From positions 1 through 64,000 of the IMG/VR virus record IMGVR_UViG_3300017917_002108: DNA of 64,000 bases. The stretch is one strand, 5' to 3'. The position numbers and the translations under genes are program-made. Of this stretch, positions 44,356 through 55,055 are shown piece after piece. Numbering within the stretch: the stretch's first letter is position 1; each line of letters begins with the position of its first letter. This DNA is from a virus. The notes beneath the pieces are model-generated. The model did not search any database. It saw only the letters and a list, made by a program, of their open reading frames with translations, and was not told where the DNA came from.

Positions 44356-47043
44356 ATGTCTGAACTCCTACATCTCATAACAACTAGAAAATATCTAGTT
44401 ATAGCCAATGAATTTCAGGATCTAGATTCTATCTATGATGACCTCGAAACCCTAGGAAAATCACCTACAGGTCTAGATTTATTTAGAGATATAGAGTGTG
44501 TGGACAGGAAGCCTAGTAGTAGGAGCACCGTGTATAGGTTGACAGATTATGAAGCTGATCAATTAAAACAAGATCCCAGAATCAAAACTGTAGAAGCACA
44601 TCCCGATGAGCTTGGTATCACTGCTGGCACCACAGCTACTAGTCAAACATCATCAAATTGGGACAAATCAGGTTCTACAAGTTCGTCTATGAAAAATTGG
44701 GCCTTGCTACGTTGCACAGAAGGAACTCAACGAGCAGGTTGGGGTGGAGTTGGCTACGAAGGCAACGGCACCGGTACTGCTACAGAGTCAGGAACTATAA
44801 CACTAACGCAAACTGGTCGTAATGTAGATATAGTAGTCATTGATGAAAACGGACTAGTTTGGAATCATCCAGAATATGCTGTCAATGCAGACGGGACAGG
44901 CGGCACAAGAACTGTTCAATACAATTGGGAACAACATAATCTAGCAGTCAAAGGAACAGCGGCATCAAATTATGTCTATGGCACTGGTTCTCATTCCACC
45001 CATGTGGCGGGAACTGTAGCCGGTAATACACAAGGCTGGGCTAGAAATGCCAATATATATAATATCTATTATCTAGCTGGTGATTCAGGTAGTGGTGATT
45101 TTCAGTATGTTATAGATTATGTTAGACAATTTCATGCCAATAAAAGTATAAATCCTGCTACTGGAAGACGTAATCCTACTATTACCAACAACAGTTGGGG
45201 CATGAGTATATTTCCCAGCGAATGGAGTTTCTCGGATATAACTGCTGTGACCTATAGGGGTGTTAGATATGCTCCCGCAGGTACTACAACCTATCTAGGC
45301 ACCAGCGGTGTTTGTACAACCAATACAAAACTTGCCGATCTATTAGGTTACGAAAACTTTGGAAATAGAATCGTTACTTCAGGAACTGCTACAACACCAG
45401 GCGGAACAATAACTGCTAAACCAGCGTCATGGACTCAAGACAGCAGTCAAAGTGTTTATATAGCACAGTTGACAGCTCCCTCAGCCTCATATTCTGTGTC
45501 GTTGAATATTACAGGTGCTAATACTGTGGTAAATGTGCGCAGTGATGTTGCGTCCGGAGGATCATTAGGTATAACTACCTTAACTATAAGCATCCAGATA
45601 TTAAGAACATCAGACAACACTGTCGTGGCTAGTTTTACACAAGGTCCTACATCTTCAGACAATGGAGGTGAAATCGGTCTCGTCATAGACGAAAATGTTA
45701 CTCTATCGGCTACAGGAAATTATACAGTAACCTATACCACTGTTCTGCAAAACGGTTCGGTGTCAAATCCTCTAACTGCCTTTAATATGTTAACACATAT
45801 TAATACTATACCTGTCTCAGAAAATGCTACGGTTACTTCAATAACAAATTCTTTACTAGGAGCAGCTAGCCTAACTGCCTCTACATCACCCACTACCGGC
45901 AATAACGACGATGGATATTGGTCTTTGTCTTTGCCTTTCTCTATAGAATATCTAGGAATAACTTACAATACAGTATATCCCGGAACAAATTTCTATCTTA
46001 CTTTTGGCTCTGGTTCAGCAGTTTGGAGTGGGATAAACATTTCTAATCCGGGACTGCCTAAAATTATGTGGTGTGCTAGAGATAACTCGGTGCAGAGAAT
46101 TTATTATGGTACAGAAGGATCTGCGCCTAATAGAACCTATAGAATACGCATGGAAGGTACATCAGCTACTTCAGGAACCCTAGGATCTCCTAATATGGTC
46201 TGCGAATATATATTCTATGAAAATAATCCTAGCAGAATAGATTTACAATTAGGAACAAACAATGCCAAACAACTTACAGGCAGTTTTACCACACAACAAC
46301 TGAATAATTTTGGATTCATTTCAGGACAACGTATTCCTGCTAGAGTGGCCAGTCTTGATGTTGATATAGAAGACGCCATAGACGAAGGCATAATATTTGT
46401 TGGCGCAGCCGGTAATGGAAGATGGAAGCACTGCCTACCGGGCGATCCAGATTGGAACAATACATTTGAAATGTCTGTAAGATATCCTGCCAGTGTCAGC
46501 AGTCCTTATTATTACATGCGTGGTACTAGTCCTACTGCCAACGACAATACCATAGACGGTGACTATGATATACCTAATATCTGTGTAGGATCGATAGATT
46601 CTATCCAGATAGACCAAAAGGTATTGTATAGCGATTGCGGTACAGGAGTAGATATATGGGCACCAGGCACTAATATTATAAGTTCATTACCCAGCGGTAC
46701 TGCTGATCCAAGAAGCGTCAGCTACTATCTGGGCAAATACAATGGGACTAGCATGGCCAGTCCACAGGTGTGTGGTGTATTGGCCTGTGCCTTAGAAATT
46801 TATCCTCACTGGAAACAAGAAGATGCCAAGGCCTACATAACCGGAATAGCCAAAACGAATCAACTATCAGCCAGTGCTGGGGGCTCTACGGATGGTCAGG
46901 ATCTGCAGGGAGCTCCTAATAAAACCTTGTTTTACAAGCGAGAAAGAGAAGATTCAGGAAATGTATTTCCTAAGACAAATTATAATGTAAGACCCACAAC
47001 AGGATCTGTGTATCCTAGACCTAGAATACGAAGAACAATATAA
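44356..47043 (+). CDS. Subtilisin-like S8 peptidase with a large internal insertion
   Basis: DIVVID, HSTHVAGT, NNSWG, AAGN, DIWAPG, GTSMASP. Confidence 0.9.
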   Translation: MSELLHLITTRKYLVIANEFQDLDSIYDDLETLGKSPTGLDLFRDIECVDRKPSSRSTVYRLTDYEADQLKQDPRIKTVEAHPDELGITAGTTATSQTSSNWDKSGSTSSSMKNWALLRCTEGTQRAGWGGVGYEGNGTGTATESGTITLTQTGRNVDIVVIDENGLVWNHPEYAVNADGTGGTRTVQYNWEQHNLAVKGTAASNYVYGTGSHSTHVAGTVAGNTQGWARNANIYNIYYLAGDSGSGDFQYVIDYVRQFHANKSINPATGRRNPTITNNSWGMSIFPSEWSFSDITAVTYRGVRYAPAGTTTYLGTSGVCTTNTKLADLLGYENFGNRIVTSGTATTPGGTITAKPASWTQDSSQSVYIAQLTAPSASYSVSLNITGANTVVNVRSDVASGGSLGITTLTISIQILRTSDNTVVASFTQGPTSSDNGGEIGLVIDENVTLSATGNYTVTYTTVLQNGSVSNPLTAFNMLTHINTIPVSENATVTSITNSLLGAASLTASTSPTTGNNDDGYWSLSLPFSIEYLGITYNTVYPGTNFYLTFGSGSAVWSGINISNPGLPKIMWCARDNSVQRIYYGTEGSAPNRTYRIRMEGTSATSGTLGSPNMVCEYIFYENNPSRIDLQLGTNNAKQLTGSFTTQQLNNFGFISGQRIPARVASLDVDIEDAIDEGIIFVGAAGNGRWKHCLPGDPDWNNTFEMSVRYPASVSSPYYYMRGTSPTANDNTIDGDYDIPNICVGSIDSIQIDQKVLYSDCGTGVDIWAPGTNIISSLPSGTADPRSVSYYLGKYNGTSMASPQVCGVLACALEIYPHWKQEDAKAYITGIAKTNQLSASAGGSTDGQDLQGAPNKTLFYKREREDSGNVFPKTNYNVRPTTGSVYPRPRIRRTI

Positions 47044-47054
47044 CGGAGCGCAAC

Positions 47055-50000
47055 ATGGCCAAACAAACGATTAATGTAGGAACAACAGCTAATGACCGAA
47101 AGGGCGACAGCCTCAGAGCCGCGTTCCAAAAAGTAAATGCTAACTTTTCAGAACTTTATACTGCATTAGGTTTAACAGGGGACGCTACATTAAATTTAGG
47201 TGCATTTGAATTTACTGGTAGTACGATGAGTACTACAAACAGTTCGGCTATTGTTATTGATCAGGCAACTACCGTTACTAGTAATTTAACCGTAGGCGGT
47301 GACATATTGCCAAGCATCGATAATAATCAAGATATCGGTAGTCCCGCAAAACAGTGGCGACACATTTATATGTCAGGCGGTAGTATCTACTTAGACAACA
47401 TCAAACTGACCAACAACGCTGGTAAACTTGAGATCATCAAGGTTATCAATCCGGGCGAAGAAAACGAAGCACCAGACCCAGAAGACAGCAATGCCGGTAG
47501 CGCAGTTACAAATAAATTAGTTAACGGTGAACAAGAATTTATTTTAGAAACAGATGGTTCTGTGACTATACCTAATGGTGGAAAATTGGGTCCGGTACAA
47601 TTTCCTACAGGTAATGAAGTATACACAGAAGGAAACGACGGCTATAGTCAATTGAACTGGGATAATACTAACTTTGTTTGGACTGATAACGCAGGTGCTT
47701 CAGTTCAAGCAGGATCTAAAACATGGGCGTTTGGTAGTAGCGGTAACTTGACATTACCTCCCGGAGGTGATATCCTAGATAGTGCCGGTAATTCGGTGCT
47801 AGGAGGTGGTGGTGGATTCTCATTGCCACCTGATACAACATTTGATGACTTTTATGAAGACGGTGGCGCCACAATATACAACAGTGGTGGCAAGATACAG
47901 TTATATTCTCTTGTCAGCGAAGGCAATGACGGTGTTAATATTCGTGTCAAAGGTGACGGCGGCGACAGTACTTGGGAGTTTAAGAGTAATGGGTCTATAA
48001 CATTCCCAGACAATGAACTTAAAACATCTATAGATAATGATCTATCTATAGTAACTGAAAGTTCGCCAACAGAACCACCAACAACTATAGAGATAGTTGG
48101 TGCTGATTTTGTAGCAGTGAATCTAACCTACACTCAATCTATCAGTGATCCCAATGCTTGGATTCCTGCTAATTATAATCCTGCTACTGATCCTTACATA
48201 CAGTTTGATAACGGATATGGAATCTGGCATCCGGCGTTTGAACAACCAATATATGTCAACACAGGCACATTGAATGTACCATTGGAACAGTGGAACACCA
48301 ATCCTCCACTGGGCAGTGTGCCTCCTACAGGTGTTTATACCTATCCTAATACCTATACTAAAACTTGGACATTTGACAACGAAGGTGCTATCAACTTACC
48401 AGATCCTGGAACTATTAGAAACACCAGTGGAGCCGCAAATCTAGTAGCAACTGACTACGCTCAACTACAGTGGACTACACAGGCAGGTGCTAATGATCCA
48501 GATCCTAACGGTACACAAGAACCAAAGAACTGGGTTTATGTCGAAGTTGGCGGTGCATATATTGAAACCAACATAAATGGTCTAGGATCATCACACAGTT
48601 GGCATTTTGGCAACGATGGTGTTCTAACTCTACCACAAGGCGGTGACATTCAAAACAGCGCCGGAAACTCAGTATTAGGTGGTAGTGTTGTTGAACGATC
48701 AGTAGAATTTCCATTAGGTGAATCTGGAGACACTAGAGGCACAATCGCTCTAACACCCAACGGTACGACCTACATCTGTACAGCAGATTGGGTTGACGCA
48801 TCAACAGGTCTACAGGGCACATTTACTGCTGTAACTCTTGAATTATACGATATAGGTCAAGGGGGCGGAGTTTATAATAGTGCTATACTATCAATAGCAG
48901 ACGAACCAGAAATTTATAACATTTTAAGATACGGTAGTTGGACTGAAGGACAGTTCACCATTGATGCTGGTCCAACCTGGGGCGGTGCCAAGAACGTAAC
49001 CTCTACCGGTTACAACGATCAAGCAGGAACTATGAGTGTGTTGTGGGCAGTTGGCCCTGGAGACCCTCAACAGATTCCATTAGGAACCAGCGTAACTGTC
49101 GTGTATACTGGCGGTGGAACACAAACACCAATCTGGAAAAAACTAGTAGATCTAACCAGTGAAGGCTACGGTGATGGTACTATCAACTGGACCAACGAAG
49201 GCGACTTGACTATTGAAACACTACGTCCTCAAGGTTATAACGGTGACTGCGATGTCAACATCTATGGCGCTGACGATATTTGGATTGAAGCCAAAGGTGA
49301 TCAAGCAGAGATCAAGGCTTTTTCCGATGTTCGAATTGCCAGCGATGGCGGTAATCATCAATGGACTTTTACCAAAGCCGGCGCAGTACAACTACCATAT
49401 CTAAACAATATAGGTTATCAAAACGGTTACGGTCTAAACGGTCCCACACTACGTCTAGGTGGAGAAAACGATCCTAACGATCAAGTTATCATCACAGGTC
49501 CAGTGCCAGACAGCAACAATGCCAGCGCACAGCGACTGGTCATCCAAGGACAGCGTGGTTTCGGTGATTGGAATCAGCCTGCGGCGGGTGAAGGTGGCGA
49601 TGTCTACATCTGGGGCGGTACTGGCGGCGAAGGATCCAACGGCGGAAATTATTACGGTGGTTCAGGCGGTGACATCAAGATACGTGGTGGACAAGGACAG
49701 AACAATGCTGGTGGTTATGTAAAGATTGAAGGCGGTAGTGCCGCAGATTGGAACGGTGGATCACATACAGGTGGTTACATAGAAATCTCAGCAGGTGATG
49801 CTACTGGAGGGGCCAATGGCAACGGCGGTGATGTAAACATCCGTGGTGGTAGGAAACAGGGCACTGGCAACAACGGAGAAGTTAATATACGCACAGGAGC
49901 CAACTCAGAACACGAATGGCGGTTTGACAACGGTGGCGGATTAAATCTACCAACCAATGGCGGGCTCAGTTTTAATTACGGTTACATAGATCAAGATACA

Positions 50001-53000
50001 ACGTTTGACAATAACACCCTGCGTCTAAGCGGCGGTGACCAAGTTGGTATCTATAGCAACGAAGATAGTAAACGTTGGCTATTCAAAGCAGATGGTACAT
50101 TAGAATTACCTGCGGGCGGGGACATCGTAGACAGCAATGGCGACAGCGTATTAGGTGTTGGCGCTCCAACTATACCAAGCACAGTCAAAGGTTGGTATCA
50201 GATACAGGGTCCAAGACCCAATAACAATGATGAAGTAGCCTTTCAAACCGTGGCTGTCACTCCAGGCGGAGAAGCGTTCACAGCAGGCAAGAACTACTAT
50301 GCTGACAATCGTGGCGATGCTACCATAGTGATACAAAAGCACAGCACTTCAGGTGAAGTACTGTTGAGCAAGCGCATTGGTGCTGGCTACGGAGCAACAC
50401 TCACAGTGGTAGTTGCTGGTGGTGTGCTCAGCGTCACAGGTGTTACCAATCTTGGCAGTCAAAGATATCAGGTCAACGAAAAACTGGTAATGTGGGGCGC
50501 ACAATGGAACGACTACAGTTATAGTTCAATATGGACTGTAAATGTAGACAGCGTAGACGGTAATGGCGCGATTCTCACAGCCAGCGTAGTTGATCAACCT
50601 ATCACTCCTCCCGCAGACGGCACCTATAACTCTAACAGTCCTGTGAGACCTGATCTGACTCTGTATGCGAACTCTATGGTCTACAACAATGAGTGTGAGC
50701 AGGTGTTTTTAGTAGCAGAATATCAATCAGGTTACAAATCTCAGTATGACAGTAATGTTACCTGGGCTATGGTCTATGTGTTGGACAGTTCAACACTAGC
50801 AGTAATGGCAACATATCTATTGAGAGACGAAGCAGACCTACATCCTATCAGCATCACAGCCAACGACAATGGCGACATCGCCGTAGTAGGACAAAAGTTC
50901 AACGAGTATAGAACGATTCCAATCACTGGCTACACTGGCGGTAACCAGTATCTAGCGGTCAGCAAGACAGTAATGGGCGAGCATTTCCCCGAAAGTGGCA
51001 TCCCTGGCGATGAATACTACAACTTCTTTGTACAGGGCACAGGCATCACTGGTCAAGCACAGGTTGATTCTGTCAACTTATATCCCTCATTGGCTACCAC
51101 TGTGCGTGAAGGTTCAGGTGCGGCATTTAATATATGGAACAATGGTGATGGCACTTATGGGTGGAACGGTATAACCTATGGTACCAACTATCGTGTAGGA
51201 CACAAGATCAAACTGTTAGGCTCAGACCTAGGCGGCACCAGTCCTGCTAACGACGCTATCGTCACTGTGACCGGCATAAACAACGATGTACAAGGCGGTA
51301 TTTCTAATATATCAATCTCAGGATCAGCCGCAGGTGTTGGTCCTCAAGTAAACTATCCTAATGTTTCAGGCACTAACTATCAAGTTGGTAGCGGTGCTCG
51401 TGTGAACATAAACGTTGATCCAGTCACGGATTTGATAACTTCTGTTGGCACAGACAACTTTGGTGACTATCACTATGTGGTAGGAGATGTACTTACCGTG
51501 TCGGGTACGGTTTTCCCAGGTGGCACCAGTCCTGCCAATGATGTAGTATTGACAGTGACTGCTGTATATCTAGGTGGTCCTAACGGTTATACAGTGGTCA
51601 GCGGAACTCCGCCAACAGATATACTGAGATTAAACGTCAGCGGCTATGATTTTAGCACAGGTACCTACACGATGAGACAGAGCCTGAACAGCGAAGCCTT
51701 TGTGTGGACACCCGGTTGGAACAAGGCCATTGGCGGCGGCAGTGATGACTATTTCCAATCAGTGATCTTTGGTTCAGACGGCACACATATATATGCTGTG
51801 GGTAAAGGTCGCTACGAAGTCACTTATGATCAAGCCCTGGTAGTCAAGATGACCAAAGGCAACGGCACCATTGTCTGGAGCAAGTATGTAAACAGTTATC
51901 TATCACCAGGCAGTGAAGTTGGTGCCTGGGCATCCAGTGTGATACAGTTGAACAACAACAATATCGTGGTCAGTGTCTACCAGTACAACAACAGTTTCAG
52001 CAGTAATGAAATAGGTCTAGTGGCACTAGACACTGACGGGGTTCTACAATGGACACGAACCTACTTGTTAGACAACGGAAGTATGGATTCAGAACATCGA
52101 CTACTACGTGATGGCTCTGACAACATCTATATAGTATTCCGTGGCTACAACGCTCGCAATGGCGATGATGCCTACAACATCTTGAAGTTGGATAGCACAG
52201 GAGCCAAGATATGGGCTCGTGCTATAACCAACAACAGTATGTATATGGATTTCGCCTACAGTTGGGGCAACGAGTTTGCGGCTATCAGCAACACACACCT
52301 TTATATCGCAGGTTATACTTCCGCACCCAACGACAACTACTACAGCGGTCTACTGATACGTTTCCCCGTAGATGGCTACAAAGAATTTGCTGAAGAAGGT
52401 TGGGCTCGTGGAGAATCTTTTGGCGACCTCAGCCTGTTCAAACCTACGACTATTACTACTACACCCGTGGCCACACCGCAGACATTTACACCAGATGTAC
52501 ACAGTGATGGAATAACCACTGTGGCCAACTACAATATGGGCTATACCTATACAGATGATTGGCAGGTGCCTGCGCTGTTGGTCAAGATGACCCGTGATGA
52601 TCTAGGCTACCTAGAGTTTGGCGATGGTTCTAAACAGAGTTTTGCCACAGATCGCATTCCGCAGATTCTGGTTGGCAACAACCAACAGATCAAACTAAGT
52701 CCACAAGATTCAGGCAAGCACTATTTTATAGGGCCAGACCAAGCCGGAGTTGATTTTATCATTCCTGAGTATGACATAGAAGATCCATATCCAGTAGGCT
52801 ACACAGTGACTATCGTGAACTGTTCAGGTGGTGATGTCTATGTCAATATGTATGCTCCAACCGACGGCAACTACTATTATGGTAGCATCTGGGGTGCAGG
52901 ACGAGACATACAGACTCGCTATTGGGGCATTCCAGACAGTGGTTCAGGAAGCCTAGTCACGCTGATGAAGGTCAAGAATGCTGAGTTCACAGGCGGTGAA

Positions 53001-53060
53001 AATATTTCAGGCACGATCTGGATGATCGCTGGTCCAAGTGACATTTACAACAACGACTAA
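47055..53060 (+). CDS. Large tail fibre / adhesin (2001 aa)
   Basis: INVGTTANDRKGDSLRAAFQKVNANF N-terminus; W.F...G.L.LP.GGDI repeats; Gly-rich segment; beta-propeller-like C-terminal part. Confidence 0.85.
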   Translation: MAKQTINVGTTANDRKGDSLRAAFQKVNANFSELYTALGLTGDATLNLGAFEFTGSTMSTTNSSAIVIDQATTVTSNLTVGGDILPSIDNNQDIGSPAKQWRHIYMSGGSIYLDNIKLTNNAGKLEIIKVINPGEENEAPDPEDSNAGSAVTNKLVNGEQEFILETDGSVTIPNGGKLGPVQFPTGNEVYTEGNDGYSQLNWDNTNFVWTDNAGASVQAGSKTWAFGSSGNLTLPPGGDILDSAGNSVLGGGGGFSLPPDTTFDDFYEDGGATIYNSGGKIQLYSLVSEGNDGVNIRVKGDGGDSTWEFKSNGSITFPDNELKTSIDNDLSIVTESSPTEPPTTIEIVGADFVAVNLTYTQSISDPNAWIPANYNPATDPYIQFDNGYGIWHPAFEQPIYVNTGTLNVPLEQWNTNPPLGSVPPTGVYTYPNTYTKTWTFDNEGAINLPDPGTIRNTSGAANLVATDYAQLQWTTQAGANDPDPNGTQEPKNWVYVEVGGAYIETNINGLGSSHSWHFGNDGVLTLPQGGDIQNSAGNSVLGGSVVERSVEFPLGESGDTRGTIALTPNGTTYICTADWVDASTGLQGTFTAVTLELYDIGQGGGVYNSAILSIADEPEIYNILRYGSWTEGQFTIDAGPTWGGAKNVTSTGYNDQAGTMSVLWAVGPGDPQQIPLGTSVTVVYTGGGTQTPIWKKLVDLTSEGYGDGTINWTNEGDLTIETLRPQGYNGDCDVNIYGADDIWIEAKGDQAEIKAFSDVRIASDGGNHQWTFTKAGAVQLPYLNNIGYQNGYGLNGPTLRLGGENDPNDQVIITGPVPDSNNASAQRLVIQGQRGFGDWNQPAAGEGGDVYIWGGTGGEGSNGGNYYGGSGGDIKIRGGQGQNNAGGYVKIEGGSAADWNGGSHTGGYIEISAGDATGGANGNGGDVNIRGGRKQGTGNNGEVNIRTGANSEHEWRFDNGGGLNLPTNGGLSFNYGYIDQDTTFDNNTLRLSGGDQVGIYSNEDSKRWLFKADGTLELPAGGDIVDSNGDSVLGVGAPTIPSTVKGWYQIQGPRPNNNDEVAFQTVAVTPGGEAFTAGKNYYADNRGDATIVIQKHSTSGEVLLSKRIGAGYGATLTVVVAGGVLSVTGVTNLGSQRYQVNEKLVMWGAQWNDYSYSSIWTVNVDSVDGNGAILTASVVDQPITPPADGTYNSNSPVRPDLTLYANSMVYNNECEQVFLVAEYQSGYKSQYDSNVTWAMVYVLDSSTLAVMATYLLRDEADLHPISITANDNGDIAVVGQKFNEYRTIPITGYTGGNQYLAVSKTVMGEHFPESGIPGDEYYNFFVQGTGITGQAQVDSVNLYPSLATTVREGSGAAFNIWNNGDGTYGWNGITYGTNYRVGHKIKLLGSDLGGTSPANDAIVTVTGINNDVQGGISNISISGSAAGVGPQVNYPNVSGTNYQVGSGARVNINVDPVTDLITSVGTDNFGDYHYVVGDVLTVSGTVFPGGTSPANDVVLTVTAVYLGGPNGYTVVSGTPPTDILRLNVSGYDFSTGTYTMRQSLNSEAFVWTPGWNKAIGGGSDDYFQSVIFGSDGTHIYAVGKGRYEVTYDQALVVKMTKGNGTIVWSKYVNSYLSPGSEVGAWASSVIQLNNNNIVVSVYQYNNSFSSNEIGLVALDTDGVLQWTRTYLLDNGSMDSEHRLLRDGSDNIYIVFRGYNARNGDDAYNILKLDSTGAKIWARAITNNSMYMDFAYSWGNEFAAISNTHLYIAGYTSAPNDNYYSGLLIRFPVDGYKEFAEEGWARGESFGDLSLFKPTTITTTPVATPQTFTPDVHSDGITTVANYNMGYTYTDDWQVPALLVKMTRDDLGYLEFGDGSKQSFATDRIPQILVGNNQQIKLSPQDSGKHYFIGPDQAGVDFIIPEYDIEDPYPVGYTVTIVNCSGGDVYVNMYAPTDGNYYYGSIWGAGRDIQTRYWGIPDSGSGSLVTLMKVKNAEFTGGENISGTIWMIAGPSDIYNND

Positions 53061-53069
53061 GGATCGATC

Positions 53070-54461
53070 GTGAGTATAGTTCAAACAGTACAGGCCGCGA
53101 TAGTAACAGGCGCACCAGGAGAACCTCCTGCCCCACAACCAGTGGGTGTATACGCTTGGAACGGCGCGATGACTCCTTGGTATTCGCAGAGCAATCCCAC
53201 CCCTGCCGACTCTCCTGTGATATTTCCAGATGGCTTTCAGAGTTCAGCACTGACATTCAGTAATACCTGGACAGTGAGCCAGAATCTGGGACTGTGTAAC
53301 GAAATAGAAGTACAGATGTGGATCTATCCTACCAGCAACAACTGTATCATAGTCACTGAACAGGGACAGGCCGCTGAAAACACTGGTTATCACTATGCTA
53401 TGATAGAGATAGACAGCAGTAATCGTATCAAGGCTCGTAGTTGGCCACAGAATGGCCCTCAAGCATTGACCAGTGATCCTATCACGATAAATGCTTGGCA
53501 TCACATCTACTTCCGCCACAGCAGTGGTACAGCACGATTAGAAGTAGATGGTGTATTGGTAGGCACTGACAACTACGCAAGATCAGCACCTGGCAACTCC
53601 TTTATAGGTATTGGCTCATACTCTATCACAGGTATAACCAGTAACAATAGATATCAAGGTCGCATACACAATGTACAGATACGTAACTACAACTTTGTGG
53701 GTAGTGCTTATGCTGGTAGCAACACTACCTACAGACCCAGCATACAGTTTGATCTAGATGCTAACAAGAACTACGATCCTGCCACACCCAATATTTGGCA
53801 CAACTCGGCGTTCCCCGCCTATGACTGTACGCTCTACGGATCACCTACTTATGTAGCAGACGGTTCTGCTACAGGCACACCTGCGGCCTACTGGACCTTT
53901 GATCGCAATAATCTACAGTTTGGACAGATACAGAACATTCCTAACATAAATGTTTGGACCATTGAAGGACTGTACAGATTAAGTGCTTCCTATTCAACTA
54001 TCAATGCCACAGCAGTTATCACTACTATCTTTGATCTTGACGGAGGTGCTTCGCCAGACTATGGTGTGGTCAACTTCTGTTTAGGCACTAATGGTGATCA
54101 AGTCTTTAATGCCAACTGGTACGGTCAGTTTTTTGCTGGTGGTAACTGGCGCAAAAGTATCGGCAGTAATGTCAGTTATACGAACAGTTGGTACCACTTG
54201 ATGGCTACCTATGACGGAGTCTATCTACAACTGTACAAGAACGGACAGCCATTGGGTTCGCCAGCACAGTTTAACATAGCCAGTTCAGCCAACGGTGGTG
54301 CCATACGCATAGGTCGTCGTTGGGATGGTGCTGACTTTTCCTCTGACAACTACTTCCCTGGAGACATTGCCAAGGTTGGTCTATGGTATGGTGCTATGAG
54401 TCCTGGTGATGTCTACAAGAGATATCAAGAAGCAGTAGCACAGGGCTATCCACAGATCTAG
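53070..54461 (+). CDS. Tandem LamG/concanavalin A-like domain protein
   Basis: WHHIYF..LEVDG and WYHLMATYDG..LYKNG..IG...F.GDI motifs. Confidence 0.85.
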   Translation: MSIVQTVQAAIVTGAPGEPPAPQPVGVYAWNGAMTPWYSQSNPTPADSPVIFPDGFQSSALTFSNTWTVSQNLGLCNEIEVQMWIYPTSNNCIIVTEQGQAAENTGYHYAMIEIDSSNRIKARSWPQNGPQALTSDPITINAWHHIYFRHSSGTARLEVDGVLVGTDNYARSAPGNSFIGIGSYSITGITSNNRYQGRIHNVQIRNYNFVGSAYAGSNTTYRPSIQFDLDANKNYDPATPNIWHNSAFPAYDCTLYGSPTYVADGSATGTPAAYWTFDRNNLQFGQIQNIPNINVWTIEGLYRLSASYSTINATAVITTIFDLDGGASPDYGVVNFCLGTNGDQVFNANWYGQFFAGGNWRKSIGSNVSYTNSWYHLMATYDGVYLQLYKNGQPLGSPAQFNIASSANGGAIRIGRRWDGADFSSDNYFPGDIAKVGLWYGAMSPGDVYKRYQEAVAQGYPQI

Positions 54462-55055
54462 TTATCTAATACCCTGCTTGCGTAGTTCTAGACAACTATG
54501 ACACTTGCCGCAGGGCAGTATCTGTGTTTCCTTGTACTGCGGTGTGCGGCAACTCCAAAACAGATCACGTAGTGTTTCTGGCAACATCAGATGTATTTGT
54601 TGTTTGGTCATAGTCAACACAGGAAATATCTTTTCCGCTCCCGTGAATGCTGAAAATATGATGTTGGCTCTACGACGTCGATCTTCTAGACGCTGATTGG
54701 CATCGTTGGCTGTCATTCCCATTGCCACTTTCTTTATGCGACTATCGTTAGAGCAGATAAATCCCGCAAAGAAATTCATAGTGTCTGTGTCGTAGAGAAA
54801 CCCTGGGCCTATGTGCGGACTGCGTATTTCGCTTTCTGTGTACTCAAAATCATAGCCCAATCTCCGTATTTCTTTAAGTGCTAGATCCACAGTGATGGCT
54901 TCGGCCTTGGCTCTATTTTCCACGTTGTTGTTATGTACGTGATGTACGTGTAGGTCATAGTGCTTGTACAGGGGATTGGTCAAGATAGTCCACACAGTAC
55001 CAAGACTGTCTAGGCCTCCTGAATACATCACTAGGATTTTGTCTTTTGATTCCAT
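54462..55055 (-). CDS. QueC-like PP-loop ATPase
   Basis: MYSGGLDS; WSCRTP..PCGKCHSC zinc site. Confidence 0.8.
   Translation of the reverse strand: MESKDKILVMYSGGLDSLGTVWTILTNPLYKHYDLHVHHVHNNNVENRAKAEAITVDLALKEIRRLGYDFEYTESEIRSPHIGPGFLYDTDTMNFFAGFICSNDSRIKKVAMGMTANDANQRLEDRRRRANIIFSAFTGAEKIFPVLTMTKQQIHLMLPETLRDLFWSCRTPQYKETQILPCGKCHSCLELRKQGIR

Noticed and set aside
34665-53519. Many 60-145-aa antisense or alternate-frame ORFs inside the tail genes
   Set aside because: Expected shadows of Gly/Thr/Ser-rich coding sequence; no SD or motifs
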